DNA from: Promethearchaeota archaeon
Lineage (GTDB): Archaea > Asgardarchaeota > Lokiarchaeia > Sigyniarchaeales > SOKP01
NCBI GenBank assembly: GCA_029838195.1
Contig: JALGVJ010000033.1
Span: 1-37,815 of the forward strand
Length of the DNA: 37,815 bases
Reading direction: 5' to 3'
The notes under the pieces were generated by a model. The model worked only from the letters and a program-made list of their open reading frames with translations. It was not told where the DNA came from and ran no database searches. The translations under genes and the position numbers were made by a program. This document shows, one piece after another, positions 18,105-27,726 of the stretch; within the stretch, counting starts at the first letter, position 1; every line of letters begins with the position of its first letter.

Positions 18105-19559
18105 TTAATTTTTTTTCCAAGATTCGTATTCTTTCATGAACTCTTCCGGTTTCCATTGAGTCTCCATGAACTTGGGAATTCCCGAACTATCTCGGGGTCC
18201 CACGACTACGTAGGCATCAGCTTCATCCTCAAGAGCTCCACTTAATCGAGCAGCCATTCCTGGGATGATTAAAATGCGATGCTTGACATTATCAAATGCT
18301 TTATACTTGTTAACTGCTTCAGCAATAGCACTTGCGTTGAATTGGCCACCTGCGACAGCAGATTCTATGCCGATACCCTCGCTATCTACGACTAAGAGCC
18401 AGCAATCAATATTTGCGCCTTGTAAATCTTGCTCCACTGGAATTTTGGTCATGCGATAGTTGGAAGTAACAAATATTGGCGACATTTCGTTCGGTTCACC
18501 GATCTTATATAAACCAGGCTCCACTGTAGGATAAATTCTGGGATCGGAAAACACGCTTTGTCGTAAAGTCATAAGAGCTAATAATGCCCATACATCTTCG
18601 GGATGACGGCCCGTGTGCATGACTATTAAGGAAGTATCAATCGATTCCATGATGGCACCCATAATGACTTCTTGGTATTGATGTTGCCATAATTCCTTAT
18701 CATCATTCACTTGACTCCAATATGCTGCTGGAACGCCTATAATGGGCCAGCCTGCATTTGGGTTTTCTTTATCAATTCCAGCAATCCTCAATTGCATGAT
18801 GTTATTATAAGTTTTTGCTATATTTCCGGGACCAAAAAATGTTCCTGCATCTAATACAAGGCCTTTAGCTCCAAGTTTTTGTAAAGTTGCGCTTAATGAC
18901 ATCAATTCATCTAAATCACTCGAAATAATTGCTAAGGGTAAGTCATTTTGGACTGCAAAGGTTCCAATTTTTTCCCACGTTTCTATCGTTGCCCCGTATA
19001 ACAAGGGCTTTTTGTTTTTAATTTCTTCTGCAGCTGGGAGTAAGATTTCAGGATTTAAACAACATAACATGAGGGGTAAATTAGTTAGCTCTGTAACTTT
19101 TTTTGCCATTGCTTTAAATGTATTTGCATCTCCAGTTACGCATCGTAATGCGATTCCATCCAAGGTTAAAGTTTCTCCTATACGTTCAATTTTTAAATCC
19201 GTCAAATATTTTATGGTGGACTCTAAAGCTCCTCCCAAATCATCAGGAACTTCAATGAAAATTGCAGTTTGATTGTAAAAAGTTAATTGATGGCGCATGA
19301 GAACTTCTTCTCCCCCAATTACGCATTCTCTTTCCCCTATTCCAATACGCACTTCTTTTTGAGGTGGTGTAATCAATTTTATTAATTTTTCCCGATTTTT
19401 TGCTTGCTTTGGATCCTTCATTAAATGCGTGCAATCTTTAATGCGGATCTTACGTTCTAGTAAATCGGTAGCAAACGCCATGCAAGTATCATAACCACAA
19501 TCGCCGCAATTGCTCTTATCGAGCAGGGCATATACTTCTAACGGTGAAGGACGTCCCAT
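18105..19559 (-). CDS. cdhE: Acetyl-CoA decarbonylase/synthase gamma subunit (corrinoid Fe-S protein large subunit)
   Basis: NCGDCGYDTCMAFA Fe-S motif, IGGEEVLMRH, PIFVTSNY, VVVGPRDSSGIP. Confidence 0.93.
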   Translation of the reverse strand: MGRPSPLEVYALLDKSNCGDCGYDTCMAFATDLLERKIRIKDCTHLMKDPKQAKNREKLIKLITPPQKEVRIGIGERECVIGGEEVLMRHQLTFYNQTAIFIEVPDDLGGALESTIKYLTDLKIERIGETLTLDGIALRCVTGDANTFKAMAKKVTELTNLPLMLCCLNPEILLPAAEEIKNKKPLLYGATIETWEKIGTFAVQNDLPLAIISSDLDELMSLSATLQKLGAKGLVLDAGTFFGPGNIAKTYNNIMQLRIAGIDKENPNAGWPIIGVPAAYWSQVNDDKELWQHQYQEVIMGAIMESIDTSLIVMHTGRHPEDVWALLALMTLRQSVFSDPRIYPTVEPGLYKIGEPNEMSPIFVTSNYRMTKIPVEQDLQGANIDCWLLVVDSEGIGIESAVAGGQFNASAIAEAVNKYKAFDNVKHRILIIPGMAARLSGALEDEADAYVVVGPRDSSGIPKFMETQWKPEEFMKEYESWKKN

Positions 19560-19865
19560 CTTGCATCTCTAAACCTTTTTGTTAAATCTTTCCCAATTTA
19601 ATTTGAATAATTAATATAAGTTAAAAAGTAATGTTTAAAATAAAAAAATTGGTTTTTTCAACCACTTAATTTTTTTAACGATTTGACCTTAAAAAGATCT
19701 AAAACTTTTTCTTAGATCAACTTATTTAATGCGTAAAATCATGATTATTATACATACGATTTGCATGAACCTCTTTAAATCAAGATGAGTGCTGATAATA
19801 ATATTAAGAGCAATAATTATAATAATAAAAAAGCCCTCCCATCTTACCCCAGGTGGGCGTGATGG

Positions 19866-21356
19866 ATGATGAATAAAGATATATATAGAAAGCGCTTAAA
19901 ATCTCCTCTAAATAAAGAAGTATTGGCATTTTTTTCCTCCCTAAAAGATGATTCTTGGATCGCCGAAGAAGATATAATCGGTACAGAAGTTCATGATATC
20001 ATGTTATTTGAGCAAGGTATATTGAATAACAAGGAAATTCAACAGATTTTAATTTCGTTGGAAAAATTGAAAAAAGAATACCGAGAAAATAAGTTAATAT
20101 TAAATGGGGCACAAGAAGATATCCACCCTTTCATAGAACAACGGATCATTGAAGAGATTGGAATTGAAATCGGGGGAAAAATCCATACAGGACGCTCCCG
20201 AAATGATCAAGTAAGCGTGGATTTAAGATTAAAAATAAGAAAAGAATTAAACGCTTTAACAGAAGCTTTATTAATCCTATTTGAGACTCTCTTCAATTTA
20301 TCGTCAGATTCCTTAGATGTTATCATGCCATTATATACTCATCTTCAGAGAGCACAATTAGGATCATTTTCCCATTATCTTAATGCTTATTTAGAGCAAA
20401 TCTTAAGGAACCTTCGAAGAATCGAAGAATTATATCATCGAATAAATATGAATCCACTAGGAAGCTGTGCTATTGGGGGCACGAGCATTGATATTGATCG
20501 GAGTAAAACAACGGAATTATTAGGGTTCGATTCAATAATATATAATTCCATTGACGCTGTGAGCTCCAAAGATTTCATCTTCGAAACACTAACATCTTTA
20601 TCAATGATCGCCCTTGATTTTTCTAGAATTGCTGAGGATTTACTTCTCTGGTCATCCAAAGAATTCGACTATATTGAAATAGACGATCAATACTGCTCTG
20701 TCTCGAGCGTAATGCCCCAAAAAAAAAACCCTGACACGCTTGAATTAATAAGAAGCGGATGTGCTAAAATCCTATCCAATGCGTTTACCAGCGCAACGAT
20801 AATTAAATCCGTTCCCACGGGATATTTTCGCGACTTCCAAGATTTAAAACCTATACTTCGAGACTCATTTAACCTCTTGCTTATCATTATTAAGATGTTA
20901 AATGGTATTTTTTCAACATTAGTTATTAAAAAAGCCAACATGAGAAAAGCTGTTGAGCAAGGTAATATCTTGGCATTGGATATTGCTGAATATCTTGTTC
21001 AACATTATAGTCTTCCTTTCCGACAAGCGCATGAAATTCTTGCCCGGTTAAGCATGAATGCTGAAAAAAATAACACTCTCATCGACAAAAATGCCTTGGA
21101 AGCCATGATTCTTGAAGTCACTAAAAAAAAAATTCAATTACCGCATGATTTTGAAACGCTTTTTGAAGACCCCGTGAAATGTTTAGAAAATCGAATAAGT
21201 CAAGGAGCACCCTCTAAAAAAGAAATGAAATATAACCTTAAACTCATTATGACGGAAAAACAAGATATGGTTGAGCTATTTAGTAAACGAAAGGAAAAAA
21301 TTGAAAAAGCAGAAGCTTTACGAGAAGCACGGATACGGGAAATAATTAATTCATAA
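19866..21356 (+). CDS. argH: Argininosuccinate lyase
   Basis: EDIH, HTGRSRNDQV, YTHLQRAQ, SSVMPQKKNPD. Confidence 0.95.
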   Translation: MMNKDIYRKRLKSPLNKEVLAFFSSLKDDSWIAEEDIIGTEVHDIMLFEQGILNNKEIQQILISLEKLKKEYRENKLILNGAQEDIHPFIEQRIIEEIGIEIGGKIHTGRSRNDQVSVDLRLKIRKELNALTEALLILFETLFNLSSDSLDVIMPLYTHLQRAQLGSFSHYLNAYLEQILRNLRRIEELYHRINMNPLGSCAIGGTSIDIDRSKTTELLGFDSIIYNSIDAVSSKDFIFETLTSLSMIALDFSRIAEDLLLWSSKEFDYIEIDDQYCSVSSVMPQKKNPDTLELIRSGCAKILSNAFTSATIIKSVPTGYFRDFQDLKPILRDSFNLLLIIIKMLNGIFSTLVIKKANMRKAVEQGNILALDIAEYLVQHYSLPFRQAHEILARLSMNAEKNNTLIDKNALEAMILEVTKKKIQLPHDFETLFEDPVKCLENRISQGAPSKKEMKYNLKLIMTEKQDMVELFSKRKEKIEKAEALREARIREIINS

Positions 21357-21633
21357 TATGGACGAAACCTTGCTCTTATCTTTTCCGAAAATTCTTGATC
21401 TGCATGATTTTACTTAACCTTTTCTTCATTTTAAATAATCTATTCACGTGACAGTAAACATCTCCCAACCCAGTTCCATTTTTTTTTTTACTATGAATCC
21501 ATTTAATTTCATATCCTTAGTGGATATCTAAGAGAGTAATTCACGTTCTATTTAAGAAAGAAAATTTTTATAACTATCGAATATTGAATAATATATAAAG
21601 AAGTTCTTATCATAAAAAAAAGGTGAAAAAAAC

Positions 21634-23259
21634 ATGCAATTAGGTGTCCCTGTTTTAATCTTGAAAGAAGGTACCGAAAGAAAAACAGGAAAAAATGCTC
21701 AAAAGAATAATATTGCAGCAGCAATTGCCGTTGCAGAAGCCGTTAGAACCACTCTGGGCCCAAAAGGCATGGATAAGATGCTAATCGATTCACTAGGGGA
21801 TGTTACTATTACAAATGATGGAGCTACCATTCTCGACACGATAGATGTGGAGCATCCTGCTGCAAAAATGATGGTGGAGGTTGCTAAAACTCAGGATGAT
21901 AGGGTTGGAGATGGTACCACTACGGCAGTCATACTTGGAGGCGAGCTGCTTGCCTTAGCGGATGAATTGATGGAACAAACAGTACATCCTACCATTATCT
22001 TTCGAGGGTATAAAAAGGGATTGGCGAGAACTAAAGATATTTTGACAGAATTAGCCACTAAAATTGATATCAACGATACCGATACTCTAGGAAAAGTCGC
22101 TGAAACGTCCATGAACAGTAAGCTCATTGCGGGTGTAAAAAGTCATTTTGCGGATATTGCCGTGAAAGCAATCTCCCAGATCAAAGAGAAACGAGGCGAC
22201 AATTATGTCATTGATCTCGATCATATTCAAATCATTAAAAAAGAAGGAAAAAGCCTCTTGGATACCGAACTCGTGGATGGCGTTATCGTTGATAAGGAAG
22301 TAGTGCATCCCATGATGCCCAAAATCATCCATGATGCTAAGATAGCGTTAATTAATTCTTCATTAGAAGTAGAAAAGACGGAATTTGACGCTGAAATCCG
22401 AGTTCAAACACCGGACCAAATCAATCGGTTTCTTGAAGAAGAAGCCAACATGCTGAAAAATCGTGTCATGAAACTCAAAGAAATCGGAGCTAATGTCGTG
22501 TTTTGCCAAAAAGGAGTGGATGAAAAAGCCCAAAATATTTTGGCGAAAGAAGGTATAATGACAATTCGACGAGTCAAGCGCTCCGATATGGAGAAACTTG
22601 CCAGAGCCACGAATGCGAACATCATCACAAATATTTTCGATTGTACTCCAGAAGATCTGGGTTCGGCGGGAAGTGTAGAAGAAAAGAAAATCGGAGAGGA
22701 TAACATGATTTTCGTGTCTCAATGTGCCGATCCTAAAGCAGTAAGCATTTTAATCCGGGCTGGCATCGAACATGTCGTAGATGAAGCTGAACGAATGATA
22801 AAAGATGCACTTTCCGTTGTAAAAGCTGCCGTGGAAGTTCCTCTTGTTTTGCCTGGAGGTGGAGCGGCTGAAATAGAATTAGCCAAACGATTGCGCACCT
22901 ACGCTCGTTCCATTGGAGGAAGGGAACAATTGGCCATTGAAGTATATGCAAACGCCATGGAAGTTATCCCTAAAACCCTCATTCAAAATGCCGGATTTAA
23001 CTCTATGGACTTGTTAGTAGAGCTGCGATCTAAACATGAAAATGATGAAGGCAAAAATTATGGCATCAACATCGATGAAGGAAAACCCGCTGATATGGTT
23101 AAACTTGGCGTCTTAGAACCTTTAGCCGTCCTCTTGCAAGCCATTCAATCTGCTACTGAGGTTGCGTCCATGATACTAAAAATAGATGATGTTATTGCCG
23201 CTTCAAAAACTTCTACTGGCGCAGGAGAAGAAGCGGGTGGTATGGGCGAAGAAGATTAG
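21634..23259 (+). CDS. ths: Thermosome (group II chaperonin) subunit
   Basis: [36 protein letters not shown]; RBS AGGTGA. Confidence 0.97.
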   Translation: MQLGVPVLILKEGTERKTGKNAQKNNIAAAIAVAEAVRTTLGPKGMDKMLIDSLGDVTITNDGATILDTIDVEHPAAKMMVEVAKTQDDRVGDGTTTAVILGGELLALADELMEQTVHPTIIFRGYKKGLARTKDILTELATKIDINDTDTLGKVAETSMNSKLIAGVKSHFADIAVKAISQIKEKRGDNYVIDLDHIQIIKKEGKSLLDTELVDGVIVDKEVVHPMMPKIIHDAKIALINSSLEVEKTEFDAEIRVQTPDQINRFLEEEANMLKNRVMKLKEIGANVVFCQKGVDEKAQNILAKEGIMTIRRVKRSDMEKLARATNANIITNIFDCTPEDLGSAGSVEEKKIGEDNMIFVSQCADPKAVSILIRAGIEHVVDEAERMIKDALSVVKAAVEVPLVLPGGGAAEIELAKRLRTYARSIGGREQLAIEVYANAMEVIPKTLIQNAGFNSMDLLVELRSKHENDEGKNYGINIDEGKPADMVKLGVLEPLAVLLQAIQSATEVASMILKIDDVIAASKTSTGAGEEAGGMGEED

Positions 23260-23291
23260 TTTTATTTTTTTTTTCCTTTAATTTTTATTTT
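23260..23291 (+). terminator. Oligo-T archaeal terminator-like tract after the thermosome gene
   Basis: TTTTATTTTTTTTTCCTTTAATTTTTATTTT immediately after the stop, between convergent genes. Confidence 0.5.
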
Positions 23292-23756
23292 TTACTTAAA
23301 ATTATTTAAAATCTTAAATTGTATTCCCCAAGAAAATTTTGATAATAATTCTTCTGCCAAATTATCATATCCTGTAATGTATAATGCAGCAGCCAAGGCT
23401 TCTACTGAACTTAATTTTTCCCATTTCCCATAATTCGTGGGATTTGCTGCCAATAAGGGAGGTAATTTCCGCTCTTTTTTAAATCGTGTTAAATTAATAC
23501 TGGAAAGTTCGTTCCAAGAACAATCGATCACCACGATTCCATGCCTTCTAATTATATCTCGATCGTTTATCGAAATCTCTCGAAGAGAAAAAGGATTGAG
23601 AACAATCGCATGCTGCATGATCCGATTTTTCTCGTCAATAAAATTGATCAAATTTGCTTTCTTTAATTTCAAAGCCGTACATTTCTTAGGATCACACTGC
23701 CCATGATGGATACAATATAATTTAGGAATTTTCATTGGTCCATTACCGGAATCCAT
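23292..23756 (-). CDS. tsr3: 16S/18S rRNA aminocarboxypropyltransferase Tsr3
   Basis: QCDPKKCT, IDCSW, RKLPPLLAANPTNYGK...LSSVEALAAAL...FSWG. Confidence 0.95.
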   Translation of the reverse strand: MDSGNGPMKIPKLYCIHHGQCDPKKCTALKLKKANLINFIDEKNRIMQHAIVLNPFSLREISINDRDIIRRHGIVVIDCSWNELSSINLTRFKKERKLPPLLAANPTNYGKWEKLSSVEALAAALYITGYDNLAEELLSKFSWGIQFKILNNFK

Positions 23757-23837
23757 GATCCTTAATTTAGTTTTTAATTGAAGAAGCCCTTAATTTAATA
23801 AATTTCAGGAAAAGTTTTCATGAAACGTTCTTATCAC

Positions 23838-24839
23838 TTATTCCTCATATTTATGGCTGGTTAATACGTTTGCCGTTTCAATGAATCGCTTGGTAATGGG
23901 ATCTTCTCCTAAAATTTCTAACATCGAATTAATTATATTCCGAGCCTCGCCCAAGACGGGAACGCCTCCATATTCTAAGGGAAACAATCCCACGAAAGAT
24001 ATCTCCTCATGATTGGAACTATCCTCAATCATCGAAAATTTTAACCTTCCTGAAGGTGCTGTCATGATTCCATACAAGTGTTCTACATCTTTCCCCGAAA
24101 TCGCAATGTAACAAAGAAGCTCTCCAATCGTGGAGCCCCTTGCTTCCCCTTTCATCTTCTGAAACGCCACATTAGCATTCGCAGAAAATGCTTCTATCGA
24201 AATGGGCAGCTCTACTCCACTTACTTCCCTTGCATCTAAGAGCAAGCCCGAGGGAACCACCATTGAGTACCGAAGGAAAATGAGATTTTGAAGAGAATCT
24301 AACACTTGAGAGATGGCAGGCAAAATATTCGTAGAATCGTGATTCGCTGGCGTATAGGATGAAAACGGGACATTCGATCCCATACCAAATAAATAAATTG
24401 CAGACCGTATCTTGTTAGAAAAAGATTCGGCCTCCTCCTCCGAAATGGGATTCGTGCCAAAAAATTCATTTATATTCAGGTATAAGAAATAAATGGCACT
24501 CGCCAACTTGTCTGCATCTAACGGCCACTCTCGATGATAATCATGAACGATCGTTAATAAAATATGATCCATCCGAATCGTTATCAAACATGCCTTTTCG
24601 AAATATGAAAATGAAATGACCTGATCCCGAATGTCCAAATCTATCCACGTTTCTTCACTCGCAGAAAATGCCACCGATGCTAAACTCGTGATCTGATTCG
24701 GATTCACCTCAATATCACTTTTCCTACCAATTTTCGCAATCGAAAGTCCATTCAAATCGCATAATACCACTAAAATCGTACCATCTGACGACCTCAAGAT
24801 GGTAGATAAATGCTTTATTAATGCTTCGCGCACGCTCAA
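23838..24839 (-). CDS. Roadblock/LC7 (MglB/LAMTOR-like) domain protein, probably with tandem domains
   Basis: VVLCDLNGLSIA...ITSLASVAFSASE and a second unit SMVVPSGLLLDA...FSANANVAF. Confidence 0.7.
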   Translation of the reverse strand: MSVREALIKHLSTILRSSDGTILVVLCDLNGLSIAKIGRKSDIEVNPNQITSLASVAFSASEETWIDLDIRDQVISFSYFEKACLITIRMDHILLTIVHDYHREWPLDADKLASAIYFLYLNINEFFGTNPISEEEAESFSNKIRSAIYLFGMGSNVPFSSYTPANHDSTNILPAISQVLDSLQNLIFLRYSMVVPSGLLLDAREVSGVELPISIEAFSANANVAFQKMKGEARGSTIGELLCYIAISGKDVEHLYGIMTAPSGRLKFSMIEDSSNHEEISFVGLFPLEYGGVPVLGEARNIINSMLEILGEDPITKRFIETANVLTSHKYEE

Positions 24840-25096
24840 CTGAATGACCCCGTATTTATTCTGCAGCTTTACTAATCTTTATATTAATTACACTAATATG
24901 GTTTCTTAAATTTTTCTACTTTTAAAAGTTTTTTAAATAACAATTTCCGCCTCTCCATCCTTTCCCCGAACCATATAAAATTTATCTAAAAATAAACATT
25001 TTTATTCTTAATAATACCACCTCGATCCCGGTTTTCTACAACTAAAATATTTCGCCTTTACGACGCCTCACGTGAGCACCAATCTCTAAAAACCAT

Positions 25097-25181
25097 GCGG
25101 GAATAGCCGAGTCTGGCCAAAGGCGCTGGACTTAGAATCCAGTCCCATAGGGGTACGGGAGTTCAAATCTCCCTTCCCGCA
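25097..25181 (+). tRNA. tRNA-Leu(TAG)
   Basis: Acceptor GCGGGAA/TTCCCGC-A, anticodon arm CTGGA-CTTAGAA-TCCAG, long variable arm, T-loop TTCAAAT. Confidence 0.95.
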
Positions 25182-25427
25182 CTTTCCTTTCCTCAATTAA
25201 TTGTTCTAATCCATGAGAATTCTCTTCATATCATAGTTATCTCCCCACCTCCGCCCTTTCCCTCCTACCACTAATCTCAATAAAACTTGATGTGCCTTAA
25301 TACATTAATCAAATGGAACTCTTCGCATTATTTAAAAACCTTTTCAACAAAATTTAAAATTGAGAGTTCATTCTATTTCTTTACTAACTCATCACTTTTC
25401 TTGATCCCCAAAAAATTGATAAAAAAA

Positions 25428-25568
25428 GCTCCTGTAGTGTAGTCCGGTCAAGGAACTTAATGCTTTCCCCGATTATTCCACCGAAAGCATACGGGGCCTT
25501 CTTAAGAGCATTTCACTAATGCTCTAAGGTAAACCCCCGCGACCCGGGTTCGAATCCCGGCAGGAGCA
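25428..25568 (+). tRNA. tRNA-Glu(TTC) with two non-canonical BHB introns (25451-25485 and 25502-25532)
   Basis: Acceptor GCTCCTG/CAGGAGC-A and T arm CCGGG-TTCGAAT-CCCGG. Intron 1: CGGT-CA|A-GGAA...TTCC-ACCG-AA|A. Intron 2: GCCT-TC|T-TAAGAGCATT...AATGCTCTA-AGGT-AA|A. Spliced arm CGGGG-CCTTCAC-CCCCG. Confidence 0.85.
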
Positions 25569-25932
25569 TCAACAATTACCAGATCATCCATTATCCCTTC
25601 TATTATTTATCAATTAACACGAAAAGAGATATAATAAAGGGAAATTTGACCCTCACATGATCTTGAACTAAAAAAGAGGACCTTGAACAAAAAATATATT
25701 GGTCATAAAAATACAAAAAATTGTCCAACTGTTATATTTCACGTATATTTTTGATCATTTGGCCTATCCCGTAATTTAGGTTGCTTCAAACGAATAAAAT
25801 AATACAATATCATGATCAGTAAAATCTAAATATTATCATTAATTTTAAAAAATAGATTATCATTGTAGATTAATAGGGAAAACAATACGCTGTGAACCAC
25901 TAAAAACAAGAAGGTTAATTTCCCTCTTGCCA

Positions 25933-26005
25933 GCCTCTGTAGCTCAGTCGGTAGAGCACCCGGCTGTTAACCGGGCGGTCGCATGTTCGAGCCATGCCAG
26001 AGGCG
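25933..26005 (+). tRNA. tRNA-Asn(GTT)
   Basis: Acceptor GCCTCTG/CAGAGGC-G, anticodon arm CCCGG-CTGTTAA-CCGGG, T arm GCATG-TTCGAGC-CATGC. Confidence 0.95.
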
Positions 26006-26271
26006 CTTATTCTTTCCTTTTCTACTATTTTTCCATGTTATTATTCTTTGAATTCCGTGATATAACTTTTTTAGGATGAGATGTCATGATTTTACTACAT
26101 TTATAAATTAAATGTTGCATGGTTAGTTCATGATATAAAAATTTTTTATTAGAAAAATCAACAATTTGAAAGTAAATCGTAATGGATAAAACAATTAACG
26201 AGATAGGTTTTAAAAACATGTGCCTGGTAAGTTTTAGGGGTATTTCGGGTGGGGAAGCAGAGACGTTAAAG

Positions 26272-26640
26272 ATGACGTTCGTAAGTAATGAGGAGATGTT
26301 ATCGCGGAGGGATTATTCAGGGTTAATACAAAGTCTTATGGAGAGGGGTAGAGAGGAGGGAGAAATGCATTATTTTAAGAATATAATGGGGGTAAAGATA
26401 GTTGAGGCGGGAGAATTGAGGATTAAGGGGGAAAAATTCGTTGTCTTGCTTTTTAAGCTCGTGAAAACCGGGGAAAAGTTAGGTTTTTTATTTGAGCAAC
26501 AAGAGGATGGTAAGACGAGTTTATTAGGAATTTGGCCGTTTACAGCGCTAACTACTCATTCAATGGAGGAAATAGATGCTATTCTCGATGATCTTATTCG
26601 GAATGAGGAGGGTTATAAGGAAATTAATATTATTGATTGA
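26272..26640 (+). CDS. Hypothetical protein
   Basis: ORF open from 26182; the internal ATG at 26272 looks the more plausible start. No family recognised. Confidence 0.6.
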   Translation: MTFVSNEEMLSRRDYSGLIQSLMERGREEGEMHYFKNIMGVKIVEAGELRIKGEKFVVLLFKLVKTGEKLGFLFEQQEDGKTSLLGIWPFTALTTHSMEEIDAILDDLIRNEEGYKEINIID

Positions 26641-26703
26641 ATAAAAGAGTGATTCTTTAATTTTAACAATATTTAAAAATTAAAAAAAGGAAAAACGATT
26701 AAA

Positions 26704-27627
26704 TCATTCAAATTGAGAAAAAAAAGCATTTAGTTCTTGTTTAGTAGGCATGCCCGTACGGGCGCCTAATTTTTTAATTTTTAAAGCGGCGGCGGCATTT
26801 GCATATTTTACGGATTGGAGGAGGTCCCATCCTTTTATCCAATAGGCGACGGAGAAAGCACCATTAAAAGTATCTCCTGCGCCGGTAGTGTCGATAATGG
26901 GGTCTACATGAAAGGCGGGGATTTCTTTTTGAAACTGTTCCGTGGTGACTAAGGCGCCACGCTCGCCTAGCGTGATAATGACGATCGGAATACCCTTTTT
27001 TATCAAGAGCTTAGCGGCTTCTTGAGGCGTCGAGGTGTTGGTGATGGTTTTTGCCCCTTCTTTATTTGGAATGAGAATATCTGCGCTCAAGAGGAGGTTT
27101 TTAAGGGCATTCCATCCTTTTTGGGCGATTTGGGCTTCTAAATCAATGCTTATTTTGACATTATGTTCTTTAGCGATTTGAATCGCTTTTTCGGAGACAT
27201 CTTGATGAATTAGTGTCGTATGTAATAATTTTGAATTTATAATATAAGTCTCATCAAGATCAGAAGGAGAGATTCTCGTGATTTTCATGTGCGGAGATTG
27301 GATTATAGTTTTTTCACCCTTGGCCACGAATATAAAATTAACTGGGGTTTTTTTACTTGGTATTTTAATGACGTGAGACTGGTCTACGTTTTCTTTCTTG
27401 AAGTCTTCCAATAAAAATTCGCCGTAATGATCATCGCCCACGGCTCCGATAAATCCGCATTTAACTCCAAGGCGGGCAACTGCTACCAAGTAGTTAGCCG
27501 TGACTCCTCCTGCAAAGTAATTCTCGCTTAAAGCATCAATCTTTTCATCTGGTTTGGGAAAATGGGGTATTTCAGCCACCCAATCTACAACAACTTCTCC
27601 TAAACCAATAATATCTACTGGCGTCAT
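26704..27627 (-). CDS. PfkB/ribokinase-family carbohydrate kinase
   Basis: GGVTAN...ARLG, GAVGDD, PNKEG, ITLGERG, DTTGAGDTFNGAF. Confidence 0.95.
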   Translation of the reverse strand: MTPVDIIGLGEVVVDWVAEIPHFPKPDEKIDALSENYFAGGVTANYLVAVARLGVKCGFIGAVGDDHYGEFLLEDFKKENVDQSHVIKIPSKKTPVNFIFVAKGEKTIIQSPHMKITRISPSDLDETYIINSKLLHTTLIHQDVSEKAIQIAKEHNVKISIDLEAQIAQKGWNALKNLLLSADILIPNKEGAKTITNTSTPQEAAKLLIKKGIPIVIITLGERGALVTTEQFQKEIPAFHVDPIIDTTGAGDTFNGAFSVAYWIKGWDLLQSVKYANAAAALKIKKLGARTGMPTKQELNAFFSQFE

Positions 27628-27726
27628 AATACGATAAAAAATATTAGTAATTAATATTTATCATTCTAAAAAAATGATCACGTGAATTGGCACGGAAAAC
27701 GGAGGGTTTTTATATCATGGAAAAAA

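Noticed and set aside
19741-19795. Possible C/D box sRNA (ATGATTA...CTGA)
   Set aside because: Degenerate C box, no clear D'/C' boxes and no recognisable guide complementarity.
25511-25516. TTTCAC inside tRNA-Glu intron 2 as the real anticodon micro-exon (would give U33)
   Set aside because: It would need two tiny flanking introns, and the required 5' one does not form a BHB helix, whereas the 36/37 register forms a complete BHB.
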